Positions 14,761-24,452 of a DNA stretch of 24,452 nt are shown piece after piece (within the stretch, counting starts at the first letter, position 1; each line of letters starts with the position of its first letter). The notes beneath the pieces were generated by a model that ran no database searches, had not been told where the DNA came from, and saw only the letters and a program-made list of their open reading frames with translations. The DNA comes from Acidobacteriota bacterium (GTDB lineage: Bacteria > Acidobacteriota > Thermoanaerobaculia > Gp7-AA8): assembly GCA_034665665.1 (NCBI GenBank), contig JAXDJK010000597.1, forward strand, positions 1 through 24,452, in the 5' to 3' direction. Position numbers and translations under genes: made by a program.

Positions 14761-16628
14761 GCGTCAACGAACTGACCGCGGTCAACGAGACCGACCTGCT
14801 CCGTGCCGAAGCGGCGACGCTGCAGCAGCTCATGGGCGTGCTGGAGCGGACCACCCTCGAGCAGACGCGAAAGCTCGAAGAGGCGATCCGCGACCGCACC
14901 GCCGCGGCCGAGGAACTGCGGCGACAGCTCGAAACCACGCGCGCGCTCACCGAGAGCATGGGCGAGGGCGTGCTCGCCTTCGGCGCCGATGCGCGGCTCT
15001 CGTTCGTCAACAGCGCGGCGCGGGAGATGCTCGGCGTCGACGAGCCGAGCGTCCAGGGAAAGCTGCTGCACGAGATTGGGCTGACCCGCCGTCCTGAGAC
15101 CATCGCCGCGATCTGGCGGGTCTTCGACGCCCGGACGACGGTGCGGAGCGACGACGACCTGTTTCTCACCGCCAGGGGCCAACAGCTTGCCGTGTCGTAC
15201 ACGGCCTCACCGATCATTGCGGGCGGCGAGTTCCTCGGCGCGGTGGTGGTCTTTCACGACATTTCGGCGCGCAAACGGGCGGACGAAGAGCGGCAGAAGC
15301 TGCTCGAGATCGAGCGCGAGGCCCGGGTTCAGGCGGAGCGCGCCCGGGAGACCAGCCGCTTTCTGGCCGAGGCCGGGTCGGTGCTCGTGTCGTCTCTCGA
15401 TTCGGCGGCGACGCTCGAGCGGGTGGCACGGCTCGCGGTCCCCTCGTTCGCCGACTGGAGCTTCGTCCATCTCCTCGACGCCACCGGAACCCTCCGCCGC
15501 GTCACCGCCGTGCATTCCGACCCGGCCCGGGAGGCGCTTCTGAACGCGGTGGAAGAGAGCTATCCGCCGTCGAACGACGATCCGTATGGGCCGAGCAAGG
15601 TGACGCGCACGGGCGTGAGCGAGATCGTCCCCGTCGTCGGAGAGGAAGTCCTCGAAGAGTCGGCCAAGGATGCGGCGCATCTCAATCAGTTGCGGACGTT
15701 CGGCTTCACGTCGTACGTCTCCGTTCCGCTCGTGGCGCGTACGCGGGCGCTGGGAGCGATGACCTTCGCCATGGCCGAGTCGGGCCGTCACTTCGGTGAA
15801 AGCGAGCTCCTGCTGGCGCAGCAACTGGTGGACCGCGCCGCACTGGCCATCGACAACGCCCGCCTGTTCACGGAGGTCGAGGAGGCGCGGCGCGATCTCG
15901 AGCAACGCGTGCTGGCCCGAACGGCGCAGCTCGAAGAAGCGAATCGCGAGCTGGAGTCGTTCTCCTACTCGGTCTCCCACGACCTGCGCGCGCCGATCCG
16001 TCACATCAGCGGCTTCGTGGACCTGTTCCGCAAGCGAGGCGGCGACGCGCTCGACGCCACCTCCGAGCACTACCTGCAGGTGATCGCCGGTGCGGCCAAA
16101 CAGGCCGGCACACTCGTCGACGACCTGCTGGCGTTCTCGCGCATGGGGCGGGCCGAGCTGGCCACGCAGCGCGTGTCGATGGATGCGATGGTGAAGGAGG
16201 TGCTGGGCCTGCTTCAGCCCGAGACCGGCTCCCGCTCCATCGAGTGGCGGATCGGTCCGCTCGGAGAAGTGACCGGAGACGCGGCGATGTTGCGGCTCGT
16301 CTGGCGGAACCTGCTGTCGAACGCCATCAAGTACACGCGGACGCGCGAGGCTGCCGTCATCGAGGTCGAGAGGACCGAGCTGGAGCGCGAGCACGTGTTT
16401 TGCGTAAGGGATAACGGCGTCGGGTTCGATATGAAATACGTCGGCAAGTTGTTCGGGGTGTTCCAGCGCCTGCACTCCGCCGACGAGTTCGAGGGCACGG
16501 GCATCGGCCTGGCCAACGTGCGCCGTATCGTCGGCCGCCATCGCGGCCGAGCCTGGGCGGAAGGGGAGATCGACCGTGGATCGACATTTTGCTTCGCGCT
16601 GCCGCGCGAACCGGAGGAGACGAATTGA
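14757..16628 (+). CDS. Cytoplasmic PAS-GAF sensor histidine kinase, phytochrome (Cph1)-type transmitter
   Basis: PAS ([22 protein letters not shown] ... [12 protein letters not shown]), GAF ([14 protein letters not shown] ... LAIDNARLF), H-box [42 protein letters not shown] and GTGIGLA. Confidence 0.95.
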   Translation: MSVNELTAVNETDLLRAEAATLQQLMGVLERTTLEQTRKLEEAIRDRTAAAEELRRQLETTRALTESMGEGVLAFGADARLSFVNSAAREMLGVDEPSVQGKLLHEIGLTRRPETIAAIWRVFDARTTVRSDDDLFLTARGQQLAVSYTASPIIAGGEFLGAVVVFHDISARKRADEERQKLLEIEREARVQAERARETSRFLAEAGSVLVSSLDSAATLERVARLAVPSFADWSFVHLLDATGTLRRVTAVHSDPAREALLNAVEESYPPSNDDPYGPSKVTRTGVSEIVPVVGEEVLEESAKDAAHLNQLRTFGFTSYVSVPLVARTRALGAMTFAMAESGRHFGESELLLAQQLVDRAALAIDNARLFTEVEEARRDLEQRVLARTAQLEEANRELESFSYSVSHDLRAPIRHISGFVDLFRKRGGDALDATSEHYLQVIAGAAKQAGTLVDDLLAFSRMGRAELATQRVSMDAMVKEVLGLLQPETGSRSIEWRIGPLGEVTGDAAMLRLVWRNLLSNAIKYTRTREAAVIEVERTELEREHVFCVRDNGVGFDMKYVGKLFGVFQRLHSADEFEGTGIGLANVRRIVGRHRGRAWAEGEIDRGSTFCFALPREPEETN

Positions 16629-17089
16629 GTGAGCTCAAACGAATTCTGCTCGTGGACGACAGCCCGCACGACGTGGAGTTGACCCTGGCGGCGCTCGAGC
16701 AGAATCGGCTGGCCAACGAAGTGGTCGTCGCGCGCGACGGCGAGGAGGCGCTCGACTATCTGTATCGCCGCGGAATCTTCAAGCTCCGCTCCGCCGGCCA
16801 TCCCGCGGTCGTGCTCCTCGATCTGAAGCTGCCGAAGGTCGACGGCCTGGAGGTCCTCAATCAGATCAAGAGCGACAACGACCTCCGTGCCGTACCGGTG
16901 GTGATGCTGACTTCCTCACGCGAAGAGAAGGATCTGGTGCAGAGCTACAACCTCGGCGTGAACGCGTATGTGGTCAAGCCGGTGGACTTTCACGAGTTCG
17001 TCGATTCCCTCAAGGAGCTGGGCCTGTTCTGGGCGGTGATCAATCAGCCGCCTCCGGGCAGCGTGAAACGGCCGGACGACCGGCGATGA
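16625..17089 (+). CDS. Single-domain response regulator (Rcp1-type)
   Basis: [38 protein letters not shown] and [13 protein letters not shown] start at 16625 with RBS GGAGGAG, overlapping the kinase stop. Confidence 0.93.
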   Translation: MSELKRILLVDDSPHDVELTLAALEQNRLANEVVVARDGEEALDYLYRRGIFKLRSAGHPAVVLLDLKLPKVDGLEVLNQIKSDNDLRAVPVVMLTSSREEKDLVQSYNLGVNAYVVKPVDFHEFVDSLKELGLFWAVINQPPPGSVKRPDDRR

Positions 17090-18687
17090 ATTCCGGTGAC
17101 ACGGCCGAGGACTCGGAGCAGCTTCCGCACGATCTGGCGGTCCTGCTGCTCGAAGACAGTGTGCTCGATGCGGAGTTGACCTGCGCGAGCCTCGGCCTGG
17201 AAGGCAGCTGCCGGATCGAGCGGGTCGAGGACCAGCGTTCGTTCGAGAGCGCCCTCGCCGAGCGGCATTTCGATCTCATCCTCGCGGATTACTCGCTGCC
17301 GTCTTTCGACGGCATCTCGGCACTCGACCTCGCGCAGCAGTCGCATCCGGAGACGCCGTTCATTTTCGTCTCCGGCGCCCTCGGCGAGGAGCTGGCCATC
17401 GAGACGCTCAAGCGCGGCGCGACGGATTACGTCCTCAAGCATCGCCTCGAGCGCCTCCGCCCGTCCGTGCTGCGCGCGCTGCGCGAGAAGGAGGAGCGCC
17501 GCCAGCGGCAACTCGCGGAAGAGAAGCTCCGGAAGATGGCCGAAGACAATGCCCGCCTGTACGCGCAGGCGCGCCGCGCCAGCCTGGCCAAAGACGAGTT
17601 CATCGCCATGATCTCGCACGAACTGCGGACGCCGATGACGTCGATCCTCGGCTGGACGCGGCTTCTGAAAATGGGCGGTCTGTCGCAGGAGGAGAGTGTC
17701 ACGGCGATGGAGGCCGTCGAGCGAAGTGCCACCGTGCAGGCGCGCCTGATCGATGACCTGCTCGACATCTCCCGCATCAGCACCGGAAAGCTCGAGCTGA
17801 GTCTGGAGGACGTCGACCTGGCCAATGTCGTCACGACGACGGTGGAGGCGCTGCGGATCCCCGCCCGGGAGAAGCAGATCACGCTGCAGACGCAGATCGC
17901 CGCCGAAGGCTGCCTGGTACGCGGGGACCGCAACCGCCTGCAGCAGGTCGTCTCGAATCTCGTGCAGAACGCCGTGAAGTTCACGCCCGAGGGGGGATGG
18001 GTGAGCGTCGAGCTGGCCGGCAACAATGGGCGCGCCGAGCTGCGGGTGCGCGACAACGGCAAAGGGATTCGCCCCGAGGCGCTCGACCAGATCTTCGAGG
18101 CCTTCCGGCAGGAGCAGGGCTCGATGGAAGGCAAAGGCGGCCTCGGGCTCGGCCTGTCGATCGTCCGCCATATCGTGGAGCGGCACGGAGGATCCGTCAG
18201 CGCGGAAAGCGAGGGGCTCGACCGCGGTGCGACGTTCTGCGTCGCGCTGCCGTTGCTCGACGCGGCGGAGACGACCGGGAACCGCAGACCGTCTGCGGTC
18301 GATCAAATGCCGGACCTGCGCAACCGCACGATTCTCGTGGTCGAAGACGACACCGAAGCGCGGAATCTCATCGCCGCGATCCTGCAGCGCTGCGGCGCCG
18401 ACGTGCGCACCGCCGACTCCGTCTCCGGCGCCGTGGCCGTGCTTCCCCGCGCCACGTGGGACGCGATCGTGTCGGACATCAGCATGCCCGGGGCCGACGG
18501 CTACTCGCTGATGGCGCACGTGCAGGAGCTCTATCCGAACGGAACGGCGCCTCTGGTCGTGGCGGTCACGGCGTTCGGCGCCCCCGATGACCGCCGACGG
18601 ATCCGCGACGCCGGTTTCGTGCGCCACTTCGTCAAGCCGATCGATCCGCTCCTGTTCGCGCGCAGCATGGCCGCGATGTGGCAGTAG
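17086..18687 (+). CDS. Hybrid histidine kinase: REC-HisKA-HATPase-REC
   Basis: N-terminal REC (LILADYSLPSFDG, GATDYVLK), H-box [32 protein letters not shown] and C-terminal REC (VSDISMPGADG, FVKP). ATGA overlap with the upstream gene. Confidence 0.95.
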   Translation: MNSGDTAEDSEQLPHDLAVLLLEDSVLDAELTCASLGLEGSCRIERVEDQRSFESALAERHFDLILADYSLPSFDGISALDLAQQSHPETPFIFVSGALGEELAIETLKRGATDYVLKHRLERLRPSVLRALREKEERRQRQLAEEKLRKMAEDNARLYAQARRASLAKDEFIAMISHELRTPMTSILGWTRLLKMGGLSQEESVTAMEAVERSATVQARLIDDLLDISRISTGKLELSLEDVDLANVVTTTVEALRIPAREKQITLQTQIAAEGCLVRGDRNRLQQVVSNLVQNAVKFTPEGGWVSVELAGNNGRAELRVRDNGKGIRPEALDQIFEAFRQEQGSMEGKGGLGLGLSIVRHIVERHGGSVSAESEGLDRGATFCVALPLLDAAETTGNRRPSAVDQMPDLRNRTILVVEDDTEARNLIAAILQRCGADVRTADSVSGAVAVLPRATWDAIVSDISMPGADGYSLMAHVQELYPNGTAPLVVAVTAFGAPDDRRRIRDAGFVRHFVKPIDPLLFARSMAAMWQ

Positions 18688-18721
18688 CGGCGTCGCGAAT
18701 TTCTCTGCACCACTCTCGTCG

Positions 18722-20332
18722 CTAAGACGATGGCGAAACTGCTTCGCGCCGCCGCGCGAGGCGACTCACCTCGTGCGCCAGATCGATGGGATCGATCGGC
18801 TTCTGGCGGAAGAGATCGAATCCTGCCGCCGTGATGCGGGCCTGTTCGCCCGGCCGGCCGAGAACGGTCAGCGCGAGCGCCGGCGTCGTGGCGGCGTCGT
18901 CATTGCGCGCGCGCAACTGCGTGAGGAAGGCGCAGCCGTCGAGGTCGGGAAGGGCGATGTCGCAAACGAGCACGTCCGGCTTCCAGTTGCGGATCACGAC
19001 GAGCGCGTCGGCGGCCGTACCGGCGCATTCGACGCCGGCACCGCAATGGCGGAGCGCGGTGGCGAGCACTTTCCGATTGTCGACTTCGTCCTCGACGAGG
19101 AGGACGCGTACTCCATCGAGTCGCGGCAGCGCGGACGTGCGGGCGGTGGTGTCGCGCCGTGCGATGTCGGCAGCGGTGACGCTCTCGTGCAGTGGCATAC
19201 GCAGCGCGAACGTGGCGCCCTGGCCGTCGCCACGGCTCGACGCGACCACCGACCCGTGGTGCATCTCCACGATGTGGCGCGTGATCGACAAGCCCAGCCC
19301 GAGGCCGCTCTGGCGCTCGGTCGTGTCATTGTCGCCCTGACGGAAACGCTCGAAGATGTGCGGGAGCAACGCGGGCGAAATCCCGCGGCCGGTGTCGGAC
19401 ACTTCGATCACACCATAAGAGGCGTCGCGGGTGAGGCGCAGGTCGACCCGTTTCCCCTCGGGCGTGAACTTGATGGCGTTGGCGATGAGGTTCCCGACGG
19501 CCTGCTGCAGCCGCGCCGGATCGCCGAACACCTTGTAAGCCTCGTCGCCGCAATCCGCTTCGAGGATGATTTGTTTCGCGTCGGCGGCCGGACGCGCCAG
19601 CGACAGGGCACTGGCCACGACGTCGCGCAGGTCGAGGGCCCGCAGGTCGAGGCGGAGTTTGCCGGCGGCAATCCGCGATTCGTCGAGCAGGTCTTCGATC
19701 AGCTTGGCCTGGGCGAGCGTGCTCCGTTCCAGGGCGTCGAGAGCCTCGCGCTGCGTCGGTTCGTCGAGCCCGCCGAGCGCCAGCATGCGCGTCCAGCCGA
19801 GGATCGAGGTCATGGGCGTGCGCAGCTCGTGCGAGATGATGGCGATGAACTCGTCTTTGGCGCGATCTGCCGCGCGCATGGACTCCAGTTCGTCAGCGGC
19901 CTCGGCATTCTTCCCGGTGAGGTACTCCATCCTGGCGAGATGCGTGACGTCGTCCACCGCGTGAATGATGTACGCGACGCGGCCGTCGAGCACGATGGGC
20001 GTATTGACCGGCTTCCAGTACCGTTCCTCGAACCCGCCGCCATCCTCGGGCGGACGGCGAATGTCGTACTTCTGGACGGCCATGGCGTGAGGCTGACGCG
20101 TGGCCAGCACGTTCTCGAGCGACGCGCGCAGGTTGCGCGTGCCGGTGGCGTGCCGGTCGTGCGGATTGTCAGGAAAGACGTCGAAGAGCGCCCGCCCCAT
20201 GATCTCCTCGCGCACCGTCATGGTCGCGGCGAGGTAGGCCTTCGTCACCCCGACGATGGTGAGGTCCGTGTCCAGGATGAGGTAAGCACCCGGCGCCGCT
20301 TCGAGCAGATGAAGCTCGCGTAAGGAAGTCAT
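18722..20332 (-). CDS. Hybrid histidine kinase: PAS-HisKA-HATPase-REC
   Basis: PAS subtype (FDVFPDNP...[10 protein letters not shown]...QKYDI...[12 protein letters not shown]), [32 protein letters not shown] and REC ([14 protein letters not shown]). Confidence 0.95.
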   Translation of the reverse strand: MTSLRELHLLEAAPGAYLILDTDLTIVGVTKAYLAATMTVREEIMGRALFDVFPDNPHDRHATGTRNLRASLENVLATRQPHAMAVQKYDIRRPPEDGGGFEERYWKPVNTPIVLDGRVAYIIHAVDDVTHLARMEYLTGKNAEAADELESMRAADRAKDEFIAIISHELRTPMTSILGWTRMLALGGLDEPTQREALDALERSTLAQAKLIEDLLDESRIAAGKLRLDLRALDLRDVVASALSLARPAADAKQIILEADCGDEAYKVFGDPARLQQAVGNLIANAIKFTPEGKRVDLRLTRDASYGVIEVSDTGRGISPALLPHIFERFRQGDNDTTERQSGLGLGLSITRHIVEMHHGSVVASSRGDGQGATFALRMPLHESVTAADIARRDTTARTSALPRLDGVRVLLVEDEVDNRKVLATALRHCGAGVECAGTAADALVVIRNWKPDVLVCDIALPDLDGCAFLTQLRARNDDAATTPALALTVLGRPGEQARITAAGFDLFRQKPIDPIDLAHEVSRLARRREAVSPSS

Positions 20333-20453
20333 CGCTGCCGTTGCAACACGAAGATCATCACGAAATGCCCGCCCTCCCGGCCGCGCCCGGTTGAGGCTTG
20401 CGGTCGATCCACACCGGGAATGGCCCGGTCGCGCGTAGACCTTTCACGCTTGT

Positions 20454-23400
20454 CTACGCTCGCACCGAAAGCCGCTGCACCGATTCCGCGAGCTCCGCGG
20501 GGTCGACTGGCTTCTTCAGGTAGCCGTCGAAGCCGGCGTTGAGCGCGTGGACCCGATCCTCGGGGCGGCCGAAGGCCGTCAGCGCGAGGATGGGGGTGGT
20601 GCGTAGCGCGTCGGGACGGGCCCGCACTTGCCGGAGAAATGCGTATCCGTCCTCGTCCGGCATGGCGATGTCGCAGACGACGATGTTCGGCTCGAGCTTC
20701 CGGAACAGCGGTAGGGCTTCGCGCACCGATGATGCTGTGTGCACCACCGCGCCGGTGCGGCGGAGGATGGCCGCGACGACCTCGCGCGTGAACTCCTGAT
20801 CGTCCACGACCAGCACGGTCAGGTCCGGGAGGGCCGGGAGCGTCGCCGAAGCCGAGCGCAGTACCGAGCTGTCCGCCACCGATGGCACGGCGATGGCCGG
20901 CGTAGCCTCCAGCACCGGAAGGTCGAGGGTGAACGTCGCCCCGCGGCCCTTGCCCTCGCTGTCCACGCGGATGCTCCCGCCGTGCAGCTCGACGAGCGAC
21001 CGTACGATGGCCAGGCCGAGCCCGATGCCGCCATGCGGCCTGGTGGCGGAGTTGTCGGCCTGCCGGAACGGCTCGAAGACGTACGGCAGGAATGCGCGGT
21101 CGACGCCCTCACCAGTGTCGGTAACGGTCAGCCGGACGATCGAGCCCCGGTGGGAGACGCGGAGCGTGACCGTGCCGCCGCGCGGGGTGAACTTGATGGC
21201 GTTGGCGAGGAGGTTCCAGATGATCTGCTGCAGCCGTCCTTCGTCACCGACGATCGGCGGCAGCATGGGGGCGATGCTGGTGAGGATCTCGATTCCCTTG
21301 GCCGCCGCGGCGGGGTGGACGGTGGTCATGGCCGCCTGCGCGACGGTACGCAAATCGGTGGGCCGCGGGTCGAACGTGAGCTTGCCGGACATGATCCGCG
21401 ACACGTCCAGCACGTCTTCGATGAGCTGCGCCTGCGCGCTGGCGCTCTGCTCGATCGCGTCGATGGCCACCTGCGCCTCCGCCTGGCTCAGGCCGAGCTT
21501 GAGCATGCGAGACCAGCCCAGGACCGCGGTCAGCGGCGTTCGCAGCTCGTGCGACAGGGTGGCCAGAAACTCGTCTTTGGCGCGATTCGCGGCTTGTGCG
21601 GCGCTGTAGAGGCGTGCGTTCTCGATGGCGATCGACGCACGGTGCGCCAGTTCCTCGGCCTGGGCGAGGTCCTGCTGCGAAAAGCGCCGGTCCGACGCCA
21701 CGAGCGTGATGGCACCGACCGCCTCGCCACGCGAGCGGAGCGGCACGATCATCACCGACATGATGCCCAGCTCCTGCATCATCCGCAGATGCTCCTCGCC
21801 GCGCGCAGCGCCGGCGAGCATCTCGGCCGAAACGAACGGAACGAGCTCCGAGACTCCGGTACGCATGACCCGGAAGACGGCGTCGGTCTTGGGATCGGGC
21901 GGAAACTTGCGGGAGAATTCCGCGGCCAGCGCGATCTTGGCAGGGTCGGCGTGCGCCACGGCGATGCGGTCGCGCAGCGTCTCCCCGGTGGAATCGGTGA
22001 TGTCGACCGCACACCAGTCGGCGATGCGCGGCACGGCCAGGAATGTGACGTTCTTGAGCGTCTCGCGATAGTCGAGCGACGAGGCGAAGATCTCGTTCGC
22101 GCGCGAGAGGAATTCCAGTCCTTCGCGGGCGGCGTGCTGCTGGTGAACGTCGGTGGCCGTACCGATCCACTCCTCGACCTGTCCGTCTTCGCCGAAGACC
22201 GGCACGGTCTTGTCGGCGAACCACCGGTAGGAACCGTCCGCCTGACGGAGCAGGTACTCGTCTTCGTAGACGTTGCCGCTGGTAATGGCCGCGTCCCACG
22301 CCCGCGCGACGCGTTCGCGGTGGCTCGGGTGAATGACGTCCAGCCAGCCGCGCCCGTGCATCTCCGCGGCGGTCTGGCCGGTGATCTCCATCCACGAAGG
22401 GGAGGCCTGCACGACCAGTCCATCCGCATCGTTGATGGCGATGGCCTGCCGGGTGGGCGTGGCAAGGACCAGGGAGCGATAGCGCCGCTCCTCCTTCCGC
22501 AGTGCCGCGCGGTCGCGTTCCAGCGACTCATAGAGCCGCACGTTGTCGATGGCGACCGAGGCATGCCCGGCGAGGGCCTCGGCAACTTTTTCTTCGGTTT
22601 CACCAAACACACCTTCCTCGGCGTGACCGAAGAAGAGACCGCCGAGAATCTCGCCGGTGCGCGACTTGACCGGGACGGCGAGGTAACTCACGACGGGCAG
22701 GTGCCCGGCCGGCATCCCGTGATACGGCGCGTTTTTGCCGTAACGGGGATCGGCGTGGATGTTCGCGCTGCGCACGATTCCTTCGCCGGCGAAGGTCGGC
22801 GCGAAGACCTGGGTGTTGCGCGGCATGGGGAACTTCTCGAAGTGCTCGCGCGGTACGCCGGAGATCGTGTAAAGCGTGTACGCCTCGCCGTCCGCCCGGA
22901 TGACGTTGTAGAAGAACGCACCGAACTGTGCACCGGTGAGCTCGGTGGCCGCGTCGGTGATGCGTTGCACGACGGCGTCGAGATCGAGCCGTCCGGCCAC
23001 GTCGCGGGCGATGTCGGCAAGCCGGTCGTAGCGCTCGGACGAAAGCGCCATCGACGCCATCCGGCTGAATGCCTCGGCGGCGTCGAGCTCCAGCTCCCCG
23101 ATCTCCCTCTTCGCCGACCGGTAGTAGCAGGTGATGGTCCCGCCTGTTTCGCCGCGGATGTTCAGGGGGAGCACGAGAAACGACGCGATGCCCTCGCCGT
23201 CGTACAGCTTCCTCCGGTCATCGACGACCGGCCAGGCGCGGACGTCGGGAACGAGGAGCGGTGAGGGGAGCATGGCCGCTACGTCGGATTCCCGCGGTGC
23301 CGGAAGGGTGAAGGACGAGTAGTCGGCGGACAAGCCGGCGGAGGCGGCGATCCGCCAGATTCGCTCGCGCGACTCGAGCCGCCACAGCGCCACGGCGTCG

Positions 23401-23576
23401 GCACCGAAGAAGATGCGCGCGTGCTCGACGATGCGGTCGCGCAGCTCTTTTCCGGTGATCTCCGCTGCCGTCAACGTGGAGAGGTCACGGAGTCCGCGCA
23501 CGATCGCCGCTGCCGACGCTGCTTCGCTCAGCGCAGACACGGCGCCTTCCTCGTGGAGGGGTTCGGAGACCGACAT
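20454..23576 (-). CDS. Hybrid histidine kinase: GAF-GAF-PAS-GAF-HisKA-HATPase-REC
   Basis: RBS AAGGAAGG before ATG 23576. GAFs (ASFLVLPL; SYLAVPV; SVMIVPL), PAS ([12 protein letters not shown] ... YRWF ... WIGTATDV), [26 protein letters not shown] and REC ([15 protein letters not shown]). Confidence 0.95.
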   Translation of the reverse strand: MSVSEPLHEEGAVSALSEAASAAAIVRGLRDLSTLTAAEITGKELRDRIVEHARIFFGADAVALWRLESRERIWRIAASAGLSADYSSFTLPAPRESDVAAMLPSPLLVPDVRAWPVVDDRRKLYDGEGIASFLVLPLNIRGETGGTITCYYRSAKREIGELELDAAEAFSRMASMALSSERYDRLADIARDVAGRLDLDAVVQRITDAATELTGAQFGAFFYNVIRADGEAYTLYTISGVPREHFEKFPMPRNTQVFAPTFAGEGIVRSANIHADPRYGKNAPYHGMPAGHLPVVSYLAVPVKSRTGEILGGLFFGHAEEGVFGETEEKVAEALAGHASVAIDNVRLYESLERDRAALRKEERRYRSLVLATPTRQAIAINDADGLVVQASPSWMEITGQTAAEMHGRGWLDVIHPSHRERVARAWDAAITSGNVYEDEYLLRQADGSYRWFADKTVPVFGEDGQVEEWIGTATDVHQQHAAREGLEFLSRANEIFASSLDYRETLKNVTFLAVPRIADWCAVDITDSTGETLRDRIAVAHADPAKIALAAEFSRKFPPDPKTDAVFRVMRTGVSELVPFVSAEMLAGAARGEEHLRMMQELGIMSVMIVPLRSRGEAVGAITLVASDRRFSQQDLAQAEELAHRASIAIENARLYSAAQAANRAKDEFLATLSHELRTPLTAVLGWSRMLKLGLSQAEAQVAIDAIEQSASAQAQLIEDVLDVSRIMSGKLTFDPRPTDLRTVAQAAMTTVHPAAAAKGIEILTSIAPMLPPIVGDEGRLQQIIWNLLANAIKFTPRGGTVTLRVSHRGSIVRLTVTDTGEGVDRAFLPYVFEPFRQADNSATRPHGGIGLGLAIVRSLVELHGGSIRVDSEGKGRGATFTLDLPVLEATPAIAVPSVADSSVLRSASATLPALPDLTVLVVDDQEFTREVVAAILRRTGAVVHTASSVREALPLFRKLEPNIVVCDIAMPDEDGYAFLRQVRARPDALRTTPILALTAFGRPEDRVHALNAGFDGYLKKPVDPAELAESVQRLSVRA

Positions 23577-23617
23577 CGCTACCCTTCCTTGCAAGAACCG
23601 GCGCCAACGGTTCCGCC

Positions 23618-24196
23618 TCAGCCTTTCGGCTTGTCCGGGATCAGCCGGTCGATCCGCCTGCCTTCCGCCGACGTGGCGATCAGCTCCCCGAGGCGGCGTT
23701 CGCGCGTTTCTTCCTTCTTCGCGGACATCACCCAGTAGGTGACATTGCGGCGGTACCAGGGGGCTTCGGACTGAAAGTAGGTCCAGGCCTTTTTCTGTTT
23801 ACGGAAGGTGCGCTCGTATTCGGGCGAGAGGGTGGTGGGGCGCGCTTCGTAGGCGTATTGCTTCGACGGCACGCGCTCGTCGAAGACTTTGCGTCCGGCG
23901 GGGGTCATGCGGCCGAGCTTTGTCAGCTCCGCGACGCGGGCGATGTTGATCTCGCTCCAGTTGCTGCGCGGTTTGCGGGGGGTGAAGCGGATGGTGTAGC
24001 GCTGGTCGTCGACGCGGCGGCGCACGCCGTCGATCCAGCCGAAGCAGAGCGCTTCGTCGACCGATTCGGGCCAGGTCATGCTGGCCTGGCCGCTGTCGCG
24101 CTTCCAGAAGCCGACCAGCAGCTCCCTCTCGGTTTGGTGATGCTGCTCGAGCCAGGCGCGGAACTGGGCGGGCGATGAGAAGTAGATGGCCTGCAT
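23618..24196 (-). CDS. YdeI/OmpD-associated (OmdA, bacteriocin-protection) family protein
   Basis: [60 protein letters not shown] and [15 protein letters not shown]. Start ATG 24196. Confidence 0.92.
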   Translation of the reverse strand: MQAIYFSSPAQFRAWLEQHHQTERELLVGFWKRDSGQASMTWPESVDEALCFGWIDGVRRRVDDQRYTIRFTPRKPRSNWSEINIARVAELTKLGRMTPAGRKVFDERVPSKQYAYEARPTTLSPEYERTFRKQKKAWTYFQSEAPWYRRNVTYWVMSAKKEETRERRLGELIATSAEGRRIDRLIPDKPKG

Positions 24197-24217
24197 GACA
24201 GTCGGTATTATCGTGGC

Positions 24218-24452
24218 GTGAGCAGTGGCACGGGCAGGCGCACGGGCGGGGTGGGCCTGCTGTTGTTCGGGTCGGGTCTGTGTGCGCTCGTGTATCAGAC
24301 GGTCTGGCTGCGCGAGTTCCGGCTGATCTTCGGCGCGTCGACGGCTGCGTCCGCGGCGGTGCTCGCGATCTTCATCGGCGGCCTTGGCGCCGGCGGACTG
24401 CTGCTCGGCACGCGCATCGATCGCCATCCGCGGCCGCTGCTCTTTTACGCCA
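24218..24452 (+). CDS. Fused MFS/spermidine synthase-family membrane protein, N-terminus only (runs off the window)
   Basis: GTG 24218 reads MSSGTGRRTGGVGLLLFGSGLCALVYQTVWLREFRLIFGASTAASAAVLAIFIGGLGAGG..., matching the SG..AL.Y[EQ].VW.R.F...FG motif. Not in the supplied ORF track because it is truncated. Confidence 0.8.
   Translation, partial: MSSGTGRRTGGVGLLLFGSGLCALVYQTVWLREFRLIFGASTAASAAVLAIFIGGLGAGGLLLGTRIDRHPRPLLFYA

Noticed and set aside
20413-20429. Hairpin ACCGGG-AATGG-CCCGGT as a terminator
   Set aside because: Only a 6-bp stem with no U-tract, which is expected by chance at this GC content.
1-24452. Mobile element, prophage or defence island
   Set aside because: No integrase, transposase, phage, toxin-antitoxin or restriction genes, no tRNA attachment site and no obvious compositional break by eye.

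Overview
GC-rich bacterial chromosomal segment with about 18 protein genes and no rRNA, tRNA, integrase, transposase or cas genes. The lineage is probably Acidobacteriota (Thermoanaerobaculia-like), an inference from protein style only. Left half (195-13485): a phosphoesterase/phospholipase C, a LytS-LytTR two-component pair with an internally duplicated kinase, and a cluster of signal-peptide proteins (serine hydrolase, two paralogues of an unnamed domain, a di-heme DHOR protein, a large Asp-box beta-propeller protein), followed by a 74-aa Cys-repeat peptide. A 535-bp palindrome-rich intergenic region follows. Right half (14020-23576): a dense signalling cluster with a stand-alone GAF-like protein, four histidine kinases and one single-domain response regulator, then a YdeI/OmpD-family gene and a partial MFS/spermidine-synthase fusion. 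Best unexplained signals: (1) five 12-bp palindromes spaced at a regular 42-44 bp period with unique spacers; (2) a RiPP-precursor-like Cys-repeat peptide with no modifying enzymes nearby; (3) a 64-bp promoter cassette duplicated 5 kb apart (47/64 identical) with phased TCACAA repeats; (4) a recurring basic RR(R/P)(A/V) tag at the termini of secreted proteins.
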